In this document: positions 20,811 through 29,663 of the stretch, one piece after another | Numbering within the stretch: the first letter of the stretch is position 1 | Layout: each line of letters opens with the position of its first letter | NCBI GenBank assembly: GCA_036676395.1 | Contig: JAKFCY010000002.1 | Location: 1,920,001 to 1,984,000, forward strand | Length of the DNA: 64,000 bases | Origin: Bdellovibrio sp. | GTDB taxonomy: Bacteria; Bdellovibrionota; Bdellovibrionia; Bdellovibrionales; Bdellovibrionaceae | Reading direction: 5' to 3' | Translations under genes and position numbers: made by a program | The notes under the pieces: generated by a model | What the model saw: only the letters and a program-made list of their open reading frames with translations | The model's database searches: none | Told to the model about the DNA's origin: nothing

Positions 20811-22238
20811 ATGAAATTAAACACACTGATCGTAGATGATGAACAAGAGTTAAGAAAATCGGTTGCGAGTATTTTATTAAACTCAATGCCTGATGTGACA
20901 TTCAATATCACCGAAGCCTCAAATGGCCGTGAAGCTGTTGAGCTTGCAAAAAAAGAATTCTGGGATCTAATTTTAATGGACGTTCGCATGCCCGAGATCG
21001 ATGGTCTTGAAGCCTTACGCCAAATCAAAGAGATCGACCCACGCACCTTTGTTGTGATCATGACGGCACATTCAAATTTGAATGACGCTATTATCGCGAT
21101 TAAAGATGGCGCTTATGATTACGTTGAAAAACCAGTAAGCCCTGACAAATTATCAGCTATCGTGCGCAAAAGTATCGAAGCTAATGAAATGATCACTGAA
21201 CTTACCGCTTCTAATCCGATATTTGATGACGATATCGAAAGTGAAATCGTTGGCCAAAATTCAAAAATGAAAGAAGTTTTTAATCTGATCTATAAACTTT
21301 GCAAAGTCGATACAACGGTTTTAATCCGCGGTGAAAACGGAACTGGTAAAGAACTTGTAGCTAAAGCGATTCATTTCAATTCTCCGCGTAAATCTGGCGC
21401 ATTCGTTGCGATTAACTGCGGTGCGATTCCTGAACATTTAATGGAGTCAGAATTATTCGGCCATGAAAAAGGCGCATTTACCGGAGCTATCGAGCGTAAA
21501 ATCGGCAAATTTCAATTAGCTAATAACGGCACACTTTTCTTAGATGAAATTGCAGAGCTTAAACCTGAAATGCAGGTTAAATTATTACGTGCGCTGCAAG
21601 AAAAGAAATTCACGCCGGTGGGCTCAAACCGCGAAGTTAAAACTAACGCGCGTATTATCGCAGCCACCAACCGCAATTTAGAAAAAATGATGGAAGACCA
21701 AGAGTTTCGTGAAGATCTTTTTTATCGTTTAAATGTAATGCCGATTTTCTTACCGCCATTGCGTGACCGTTATGATGATATCCCTGAATTAGCAGTTAAC
21801 TTTTTAGAGAAGTTTTCTAAATCACACGCCAAACAAATTCATTCTATTGCACCAGATTGTTTAGATTTAATGAAAAACTATCGTTGGCCAGGAAACATCC
21901 GCGAATTAGAAAATGTGATTGAGCGCGCCTTTATCGTTGAATCAAGCCAGATTATGACGTTGGCAAGTTTACCTGAAAACATTCGTAATCAAGCGGCTGC
22001 CAAACAAGCGCAAAATCAAGCCGCAACTGCAGTCGGCGGTGTAAAAGCGGTTCCTCAGGCGCATGGCGCTTTGGATTTCGAATTATTTAAAGAACAAGCT
22101 GAAAAAGATTTTATCGTCAGCGCTTTAAAAGCGAACAAAGGTAAGATCAATCAAACAGTAGCACAGGCTAATATTCCGAAAAATACGTTGTTACGTAAAA
22201 TTCGTAAATACAATATTAACGTCAAAGATTTTTCTTAA
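20811..22238 (+). CDS. NtrC-family sigma54-dependent response regulator
   Basis: REC, GENGTGKE, GAFTGA, LFLDE and C-terminal HTH. Confidence 0.95.
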   Translation: MKLNTLIVDDEQELRKSVASILLNSMPDVTFNITEASNGREAVELAKKEFWDLILMDVRMPEIDGLEALRQIKEIDPRTFVVIMTAHSNLNDAIIAIKDGAYDYVEKPVSPDKLSAIVRKSIEANEMITELTASNPIFDDDIESEIVGQNSKMKEVFNLIYKLCKVDTTVLIRGENGTGKELVAKAIHFNSPRKSGAFVAINCGAIPEHLMESELFGHEKGAFTGAIERKIGKFQLANNGTLFLDEIAELKPEMQVKLLRALQEKKFTPVGSNREVKTNARIIAATNRNLEKMMEDQEFREDLFYRLNVMPIFLPPLRDRYDDIPELAVNFLEKFSKSHAKQIHSIAPDCLDLMKNYRWPGNIRELENVIERAFIVESSQIMTLASLPENIRNQAAAKQAQNQAATAVGGVKAVPQAHGALDFELFKEQAEKDFIVSALKANKGKINQTVAQANIPKNTLLRKIRKYNINVKDFS

Positions 22239-23275
22239 TTTAATATTTTCTTAGCTGTATGAAAGACATTTTCAGGTAAAATCTCTTTCATACACTTATG
22301 ATGACCCAGAGGGCATTTATTGTGACCATGCAGTCCGCAGGGTCTACAAGTTAAATTTCTGTTCTCAACCACGATGCTGTGATCATTCCACGGCCTAAAA
22401 CCTAAATCTAAAGTCGTAGGACCAAATATCGCCATCACAGGCGTGCCGACACTGGCCCCAAGATGCGAAGGTGATGAATCATTACCGATAATCAAATCAC
22501 AAGATTTTAAAAAATCGATTGAATCCACCAGTTTCATTTTGCCAGCCAGCACTTCAGCTTTTGGATTCTTAGCTTTAATCTCTTCACATAAAGGTGCTTC
22601 CTCAGGGCCGCCCATAAGATGAACCTGATAACCTTCGGCGATTAATTTTTCGCACAATTCAGCATAATAATTAACGGGCCATTTTTTAGTTTCCCAAACC
22701 GATCCTGGAAACAGGGCGATTTTTTTAACTTGGTTTGGTGAATGCGAACCAGCCTTCATCGAAAAGAATTCTGGAATGTTTTGAAAATCCCCATCAGCTT
22801 TGGCTTTATTTAAATAACTCCAATCCTGCTCTTGAATTTTTGCAGCAGTGACAGGGTCAACCGGAGCTAATAAAGCCATTTGGCGAATAGCATCTGGAAA
22901 TGTTTTTAAATATTTAACGGTTTCGGTAAAAAATAAAAAGTTTAAGCCCTGACTAAAACCGTATTTCTTTTTAGCTTTTAACTGCATCGTAAAAAGTGCT
23001 GATCGTAATGAACGATGCAGGCAAAATACCGTCGCCACATTAGCATGGGCATTAATATTTTTTACAGCCTGATGGTATGACGATTTATCGCCTTTGTTTA
23101 CGGTGATGAGTTCGTCGATCACTTGTAATTTAAGTAAATAGTCTGCGACCCCTTTTTTAGCGACAAAGATAATTTTGTCATTAGGGTATAAAGCTTTAAG
23201 CCTTTTTAAAAAAGGAATAGATAAAAACACATCGCCGATAAATGCCGTCTGCACGACAACGTGATAAGCTGACAT
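22235..23275 (-). CDS. GT9 (WaaF/heptosyltransferase-like) glycosyltransferase
   Basis: QTAFIGDV, NDSSPSHL, FGPT, and CRPC...C...CM. Confidence 0.88.
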   Translation of the reverse strand: MSAYHVVVQTAFIGDVFLSIPFLKRLKALYPNDKIIFVAKKGVADYLLKLQVIDELITVNKGDKSSYHQAVKNINAHANVATVFCLHRSLRSALFTMQLKAKKKYGFSQGLNFLFFTETVKYLKTFPDAIRQMALLAPVDPVTAAKIQEQDWSYLNKAKADGDFQNIPEFFSMKAGSHSPNQVKKIALFPGSVWETKKWPVNYYAELCEKLIAEGYQVHLMGGPEEAPLCEEIKAKNPKAEVLAGKMKLVDSIDFLKSCDLIIGNDSSPSHLGASVGTPVMAIFGPTTLDLGFRPWNDHSIVVENRNLTCRPCGLHGHNKCPLGHHKCMKEILPENVFHTAKKILN

Positions 23276-24330
23276 TAGTTTCCTGGTTCGATCTCGATCA
23301 CTTCTGAGACTAGAGTTCCGATTTTGATTTTAGCTTCGACTCGCAAGATGTATTTATGTTCGTCGTCTGAAACCCAAATAAAGATATCGCCGGTTTGCGA
23401 TAAAGCCCCACGAGTCACAATACTGGCTTTAATCTTAATTGCGTTAAAGTCACCAGCTTCAGTGCTTAGCTTTTCTTTACCAACGGCTGTGCCTGTAAAC
23501 ACGATATTTTTTTTATCTTCGGCTACACGAAAAGAAACCTGTTTGCCTTCTTTCCAGTTAAATACCCGCATGTAAAATAAACCGCTAAAGGCATTTTGTG
23601 AAAACGGTAAGATATCCCAGGTGAATTTACGCTCTTCTTCTCCTGATTTCTCGGTGTATTTTTTCTCCCAAAAGCTTGCAGTCAGAGTTTCATTATTAAA
23701 ATAAGATTGGGATTGAGCTAATTTACCGGTCTCTTTGATGTTAATCTTTAGAACATGCGGCATTAACGTTTCGTAATCTAAAAATGTATCAACGCGGTCT
23801 TCAACTGAATAAAAATTTGAAAACACGCGGCTGGATTGTAAACTAACTGAAAAATTATAGCTTTTACGGTTATTAACCTGAGCAAAAGGTTTTACCTGCA
23901 TAGTTAAGGTGCCAGCTTTAGCAGAAAAGTAGCTGACTTCGTGAATGACTTTTTCGCCGACTTTAAATGGATCAACATTAGGTCTGCGCGAGTTTCCGGT
24001 AAAACCTTCGCTATCTTCGATTTCTGGCTGACGCTTTGTCGAAACTTCAACTTTTTTAGCATCGGCTTTTTTTGTTTTTGGCTTTTTTAATTCTTTTTTT
24101 GTTGCGACTTCTTTAGGTGTGGCCGGCTGAGGCGCCCCCGGCTGAGGCTTTTCTTCAGCTTTTGCAGCTTCGGCTTTGGGGGCTTCGACAACATCGTCTT
24201 CTTCAGTTTGAATTTTTACTTCGCGTTCAAATTCTTCGTTTTTAAAAAACTTATCTTCTTTTTCGTACTTTAAAAATTTACTCGAACAGCTCGATAAGGC
24301 TATGAAGAAAACTAAGCTAATCATTCTCAT
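23275..24330 (-). CDS. DUF3108-like lipoprotein
   Basis: Lipobox LSSC after ATG 24330 (ATGA overlap with lpxL), a K/E/P-rich linker, then PF..GE...Y and T.AG.F....IW.SDD. Confidence 0.7.
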   Translation of the reverse strand: MRMISLVFFIALSSCSSKFLKYEKEDKFFKNEEFEREVKIQTEEDDVVEAPKAEAAKAEEKPQPGAPQPATPKEVATKKELKKPKTKKADAKKVEVSTKRQPEIEDSEGFTGNSRRPNVDPFKVGEKVIHEVSYFSAKAGTLTMQVKPFAQVNNRKSYNFSVSLQSSRVFSNFYSVEDRVDTFLDYETLMPHVLKINIKETGKLAQSQSYFNNETLTASFWEKKYTEKSGEEERKFTWDILPFSQNAFSGLFYMRVFNWKEGKQVSFRVAEDKKNIVFTGTAVGKEKLSTEAGDFNAIKIKASIVTRGALSQTGDIFIWVSDDEHKYILRVEAKIKIGTLVSEVIEIEPGN

Positions 24331-25199
24331 TCGAAATCCTTCCACCGGCGATGTACCCACATCCATTGATCTGGATACTGTCGGATGATATTTTCTAAAG
24401 TCGCATTAAAACGATTAGTTATAATGCGTTGGGCTTCTTGTTTATCCTCGGTTGAAACATCATCAATTTTGATCGCTGTTCCAATTCCGATATGTAGCTT
24501 TTTATTATCATCCCAATATGTATAAAGTGGCAACACCGGAGCCTTAGTCTTCATGGCAAATACAGCTAGACCATAGGCGGTACCGGTTTTTTTACCGAAG
24601 AATTCGGTCTCGATACCGTAAGGTTTACCCATAAACTGATCGAGCACAAAAACCACGGCGCGTTTTAATCTTAAGGCTTTTAAAATATCAAAAGCATTCT
24701 GCTTGCTATGAGCATCAATAATCTCGGTTTTTGATTTAGTTCGCAAATAGAACCAAAACTCATCAACAAACGCATTGGTAAAGCGTTTAGAAATTAAACT
24801 TAAAGGAACAACTTTCTCACTCATTACAGCAGCGGCCAAATCTGCCCCACCTAAATGCAAGGTTAAAAAGAAAAAGCCTTGGTCTTTGGGTACATTTTCT
24901 AAACCGTGAAAAATGATATTATCTTTGATTAACTTATCATTTACATAAGGTACGCGCCCTAAATCAACCAACCCACGGCCTAAAATGTAAATTGATTTTC
25001 GCATCCATTGTTTTTTAGTTTTTTCAGGGGTTCCCGGAAATGCAATATCGATATTGTCATACACTACTTTTTTTCTTAGCTGCAAAACATCGACCCATAA
25101 CCACGCCCAAAAACGTGCAAAAAAATCATTAAACGCCCAGGGCATCAAATGAATAATGAAGGCGTAGATATTACTAAATAACCTTGCTAAGCGCCGCAC
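24327..25199 (-). CDS. lpxL: Lipid A late acyltransferase (LpxL/HtrB family)
   Basis: H(X4)D motif HLGGAD, DQ, FFG, and YPDQWMWVHRRWK. Confidence 0.9.
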   Translation of the reverse strand: MRRLARLFSNIYAFIIHLMPWAFNDFFARFWAWLWVDVLQLRKKVVYDNIDIAFPGTPEKTKKQWMRKSIYILGRGLVDLGRVPYVNDKLIKDNIIFHGLENVPKDQGFFFLTLHLGGADLAAAVMSEKVVPLSLISKRFTNAFVDEFWFYLRTKSKTEIIDAHSKQNAFDILKALRLKRAVVFVLDQFMGKPYGIETEFFGKKTGTAYGLAVFAMKTKAPVLPLYTYWDDNKKLHIGIGTAIKIDDVSTEDKQEAQRIITNRFNATLENIIRQYPDQWMWVHRRWKDFE

Positions 25200-26151
25200 G
25201 CAAGTCTTCCTTATCCTGAGAACTAAATTGCAGTTTTAATGAGATCGCCAGAGTCTGAGATTTAAGCTCTGTATCAGTGATTTTAACTAAATCTTTTTCA
25301 GTCGCACACAAGACGCTGTTAGGAAATTTTGCGCGCCATTGTGTTAGAATATCACTTTGATCAGCCAACGAATACGCATGGTGATCGGGGTACACCAAGT
25401 GCTTAACGATATTATATCCACTGGCTTCTAAGTTGTTTTTAAGCTGTGCCGGATTACCGATAGCCGAGTATAAAAATAAATTCTTATTTTCTGAATTCAC
25501 CACTGACAAAGCTTTAGATTCGAAAAAAGGATGATTATGCGACTTTAAATAATCGCGAAAGTATCTAAATGTTTCTAAATTCGCATTATTAACCTTTGTT
25601 AATATCACAAAATTTGAACGTAACACTTGATCAATATCTTCACGCAAATGGCCAAAAGGCAGTAGCTGATAGTGCGACATCGGTTGCGAAACATCGATTA
25701 ACACAATGTCTAAATGGCGCTTTAAAGTACGGTGAGAAAAACCATCATCAACAATCACGACATCTATTTTTTGCTTCTGAAGTTGATAGTAATCTAAAGC
25801 AAATTCAACCGTATCTGTTTTATGTGGACCACTCCACACAAACACATGTGGCGCCAATTTTTTAATTAGACAAGCTTCATCACCATACATAAAAGTGTGT
25901 TTTAAATTTTCTAGTGTGACTTCAGCAGGCTGGGGAAGTTTGGCTTTATAGCTTTTAGCGACGACTAAGATATTTTCACCCTCTAATAGCGAAATTACTT
26001 CTAACACAACCGGAGTTTTACCGGTGCCACCTGTCGTCAGGTTTCCGATAGAAATAACCGGAACTCCGAATTTTTCAGGTTTGAACCAGCCCTTGTCATA
26101 CATCGCGTTTTTTGCGGTTATAACTAAACGATAGGGATTTAAATATTTCAT
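25174..26151 (-). CDS. lpxK: Tetraacyldisaccharide 4'-kinase
   Basis: ISIGNLTTGGTGKTP, GDE, DDGFSH, PDHH, TEKD. Confidence 0.95.
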   Translation of the reverse strand: MKYLNPYRLVITAKNAMYDKGWFKPEKFGVPVISIGNLTTGGTGKTPVVLEVISLLEGENILVVAKSYKAKLPQPAEVTLENLKHTFMYGDEACLIKKLAPHVFVWSGPHKTDTVEFALDYYQLQKQKIDVVIVDDGFSHRTLKRHLDIVLIDVSQPMSHYQLLPFGHLREDIDQVLRSNFVILTKVNNANLETFRYFRDYLKSHNHPFFESKALSVVNSENKNLFLYSAIGNPAQLKNNLEASGYNIVKHLVYPDHHAYSLADQSDILTQWRAKFPNSVLCATEKDLVKITDTELKSQTLAISLKLQFSSQDKEDLRAALSKVI

Positions 26152-27332
26152 AAATGTTTTGCTAAAGCCGCACCAACACGCGCGGTAGCTCCCACATCAC
26201 CTAATAGATACTGCACTTGGGCTAATTTTTTGATTGTTGCCTGAGTATAGGCTTCATCATTGATAAATTTTTCTAATAACGGAATGATATTTTCACTTGT
26301 AGCATCACCTTGTAAAAGCTCTGGCACGACTTCTTCGTTCATAACCAGATTCACTAAGCCAAAGTATTTAATCCCGCGAACCAAGATACGAGCAATTACG
26401 CCCGAGAGCCACTTCATGCGATAAATGATCACCATCGGTTTTTGCAGTAATCCCACCATCAAAGTGGCTGTACCTGAAGTCGCTAAGACATAATGAGCTA
26501 AGGCGATCATTTTATTTGGATCATCTTGAATTAAAATATATGGCATTTTAACATCAGCTGAATTTTCGTCGATAAAATCGCGAATGTAGTCTTTTGTTAA
26601 TGTCGGAGCCACAAAGATCATAATTCGTAAAAAATTATATTTTTTAGCTAAAGCTCGCGCTACTTCTAACTGAACGCCGAAGTTAAGCTGAATTTCGCTT
26701 TTGCGAGATCCTGGCATTAACGCCAGAACTTTTTCATTTGGGCTAATACCGTATTTTTGCCGAGACAATTCTTGTTGTTTTAAATCTAATAAATTTTGGT
26801 CAATGTCTTCCAATAACGGATGACCCACGAATTCGTGAGGAACGTTATGTTCTTCGTAAAATGTTTTTTCAAATGGAAATAGCAAAAATACTTTATCGCA
26901 AACTTTTTTAATATTGTGAATACGGCCTTTTCTCCAGGCCCACACTTGCGGAGAAATATAATAAAATACTTTAATACCGTGAGCGCCCAATTTTTGCTTT
27001 AAGGTTTTAGCCAGCTTTAAATTAAAATCCGGGTAATCCAGCAATAATAAAAATTTAGGTTTAATGCGAATAGCTTCATCGACTAGTTTTTCAAACACAG
27101 CTTTTAATTCACTGTAATGAGCAATCACTTCGGCAACACCGACAACAGCCATATCTTCAGATTTGCCAAAACGGCGCATCCCGAAGTCTTCCATAGCTTG
27201 TGAACCGACACCGCAAATATCCAGATCGATATTATGCTCTTTCCAATACTTCATTAATTTCAACGCATAATACGCACTTGAAGCTTCGGCGGCCACAATC
27301 ATAATCTGCGGCTTGCTATTTGTATTACTCAA
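26148..27332 (-). CDS. lpxB: Lipid-A-disaccharide synthase
   Basis: DYPDFN, YYISPQVWAWR, FVGHPL, PGSRKSEI, SGTATL. Confidence 0.97.
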   Translation of the reverse strand: MSNTNSKPQIMIVAAEASSAYYALKLMKYWKEHNIDLDICGVGSQAMEDFGMRRFGKSEDMAVVGVAEVIAHYSELKAVFEKLVDEAIRIKPKFLLLLDYPDFNLKLAKTLKQKLGAHGIKVFYYISPQVWAWRKGRIHNIKKVCDKVFLLFPFEKTFYEEHNVPHEFVGHPLLEDIDQNLLDLKQQELSRQKYGISPNEKVLALMPGSRKSEIQLNFGVQLEVARALAKKYNFLRIMIFVAPTLTKDYIRDFIDENSADVKMPYILIQDDPNKMIALAHYVLATSGTATLMVGLLQKPMVIIYRMKWLSGVIARILVRGIKYFGLVNLVMNEEVVPELLQGDATSENIIPLLEKFINDEAYTQATIKKLAQVQYLLGDVGATARVGAALAKHL

Positions 27333-28249
27333 GATTTGATCTCCGCTAAGATCTTTTCGATATTAGCTAGTGCAAGGCTGGCCTCTTCGCCAGTGATGGC
27401 GACAGGAACTTCTTTTTTAACAGCGCGAATAAAATGATTAATTTCAAGATTTAGTGAATCCACTTTTTCGATATTAAACTTTTCAGTTTTATAAAATGGA
27501 TCATTCGCTTCGCCAGTTAAAATTTCACCTTCAAGAGTTGCCGTATTTACAAAGATCGTGCGATCGGTTTGCACGGCACGGTAATTACGAACGATTGTCG
27601 GATTTAAACGTGAATTGTTAATAGTCACTTGCACGCCTGATTTTAATTGTAGGCGCACAGACACATCATCGATCGTGTCTTTAATAAATTTATGGCCATA
27701 GACCATAAATTTTTCGATATCAGAATTAAATAGATATTGAATCAAATCTAAATCATGAATCATTAGATCGTGTAATACGCTAACATCAGCACCACGGGCG
27801 CGAAATGGAGCTAAGCGGTTGATTTCAAAATATTTGGTTTTCGCCGCTGATTCTTTAACGATTTTGTATGACGGATTAAAACGTTCAATATGGCCGACTG
27901 AAAACACCACATTGTTAGATTTTGCTAAAGCCGCTAGCTCGTAACCCTGTTGGCTAGTCGCTGCGATTGGCTTTTCAACTAAGACAGCGATTTTATTTTT
28001 AAGAAAAAATGCAGCCAATTCATAGTGCGCTTGCGTCGCCGCTGCGATAGTCACGAAATCCACTTGCGAAGGAATTTCTTCTAAAGTTTTAAAAGCTTGA
28101 ACACCCAGATCAGTAGCGATCTTATCAGCTTGTGGTGCGTACTGATCAAAAACACCAACTAAGGTGGCATGTTCTGACGCTTTAACTTTTTGCGCGTGAA
28201 AATTACCTAAATAACCAACACCAATGACTGCACCACGAAGTTTAGACAT
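27329..28249 (-). CDS. gnnA: Gfo/Idh/MocA oxidoreductase, probable UDP-GlcNAc 3-dehydrogenase
   Basis: GVGYLG, VEKP, GHIERFNP and DLMIHDLD. Located between lpxA and lpxB. Confidence 0.75.
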   Translation of the reverse strand: MSKLRGAVIGVGYLGNFHAQKVKASEHATLVGVFDQYAPQADKIATDLGVQAFKTLEEIPSQVDFVTIAAATQAHYELAAFFLKNKIAVLVEKPIAATSQQGYELAALAKSNNVVFSVGHIERFNPSYKIVKESAAKTKYFEINRLAPFRARGADVSVLHDLMIHDLDLIQYLFNSDIEKFMVYGHKFIKDTIDDVSVRLQLKSGVQVTINNSRLNPTIVRNYRAVQTDRTIFVNTATLEGEILTGEANDPFYKTEKFNIEKVDSLNLEINHFIRAVKKEVPVAITGEEASLALANIEKILAEIKS

Positions 28250-28255
28250 ACATTA

Positions 28256-29074
28256 TTACTCTTCCATAGACGGGGTAGATGCATTCTGACGGTGAATAGC
28301 AATACCGCGTTTAGATGATCTAACGAAATGAACTAAGGCCGCGATATTTTCTGATTGAGTGCATTCGCTTTGAATACGCGCTAAGGCCTCATCCACTGTA
28401 CCGTGACCCATAATAATTATACGAATCGCTTTATGAATATTTGAGACTTCTTCTTTAGAAAAACCTTTACGTAAAAGGCCCACTTTGTTTGTTGCACGCA
28501 CGACCGCGTAGTTACCTTGGGCGCGCGAAAACGGAAGAATGTCTTTATTCACAATACTAGAGCCCGCCACAAATGAATAACGGCCGATTTTAGAAAATTG
28601 GTTAAAGGCACAAACCCCACCAATCACTACGTTGTCTTCAACTTCACAGTGACCACCGAAGTGCGAATTATTCGCAACGATGACGTTATTACCGATTTTG
28701 CAATCATGGCCAACGTGAGAGTACGCCATGAAATAACAATTGTTCCCAATTTGAGTTGTCGCATCGCCTTTTGAGGTCGCTAAATTGAACGTGGTAAATT
28801 CGCGAATAACGTTATTATCACCGATAATCAATTTCGTTGGTTCTGATTTATAGCTGATATCTTGTGGCGGCCCGCCGATCACTGCGCCCGGAAGAATATG
28901 ATTATTCTTGCCGATTTCAACGATTCCATAGCGTGAACCGATCGAAGCATGCCCTTCGATAAAAGTGCCTTTGCCGATTGTTACATAACCTTGAATATTA
29001 CAGTAAGGTCCGATCTCAACATCTTCGTCTAACTTCACGTCGGCCGAAATGACCGACGATGGATGAATTTTCAT
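28256..29074 (-). CDS. lpxA: Acyl-ACP--UDP-N-acetylglucosamine acyltransferase
   Basis: Hexapeptide repeats, PQD.SY, IREF, HVGHDC. Confidence 0.97.
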   Translation of the reverse strand: MKIHPSSVISADVKLDEDVEIGPYCNIQGYVTIGKGTFIEGHASIGSRYGIVEIGKNNHILPGAVIGGPPQDISYKSEPTKLIIGDNNVIREFTTFNLATSKGDATTQIGNNCYFMAYSHVGHDCKIGNNVIVANNSHFGGHCEVEDNVVIGGVCAFNQFSKIGRYSFVAGSSIVNKDILPFSRAQGNYAVVRATNKVGLLRKGFSKEEVSNIHKAIRIIIMGHGTVDEALARIQSECTQSENIAALVHFVRSSKRGIAIHRQNASTPSMEE

Positions 29075-29096
29075 AAGCTAATCTCTACTGGTGAAT

Positions 29097-29618
29097 CTAT
29101 TTTTCTTTATCGAAAGCGTTTAATACATCAGTTGTAACATTTACTTCAGTTGAAGCATAAACAACGATAGGAGTCGCTTGGCTAGATTGGATAACCATAG
29201 AAAGACCTTTGTCTTTAGCAACACGCTCGATAACTTTTTTAATTTTTTCAACAATCGGAGCCACTAAATCATTTTCTTTTTTAGCTAACTCAGTTTGTGC
29301 TTTTTGTGCACCTTGGTTGAATTTCATCATCTCTTCTTGTAATTCCTGAGCTTTTTTACCAAAAGCTTCTTCAGATAATACAGAACGTTTTTTCTCGATA
29401 TCTTCACGCATTTTTTCGATATCGCCTTTTTTCTTTTCTAATTCTTTGTTCTTTTTTTCTTGGTCTTTTTTAAGTTCTTCAAAAGCTTTTTTACCAGATT
29501 TAGAATTTTTGATGACTTCTTGTACATCTACGTAGCCCATTTTAAATTCAGCGTGAGCTGACATAGCTACCATCATTACTAAAGCGGTGATCAAAGTTGT
29601 TAACATATTTCTTTTCAT
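29097..29618 (-). CDS. skp: OmpH/Skp periplasmic chaperone
   Basis: Signal peptide, KMGYVD and coiled coil. Follows bamA. Confidence 0.92.
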   Translation of the reverse strand: MKRNMLTTLITALVMMVAMSAHAEFKMGYVDVQEVIKNSKSGKKAFEELKKDQEKKNKELEKKKGDIEKMREDIEKKRSVLSEEAFGKKAQELQEEMMKFNQGAQKAQTELAKKENDLVAPIVEKIKKVIERVAKDKGLSMVIQSSQATPIVVYASTEVNVTTDVLNAFDKEK

Positions 29619-29663
29619 AATTTCTCCCTTTAAAGTTGTTAAACTTGTTTTAAAATAAAAATA

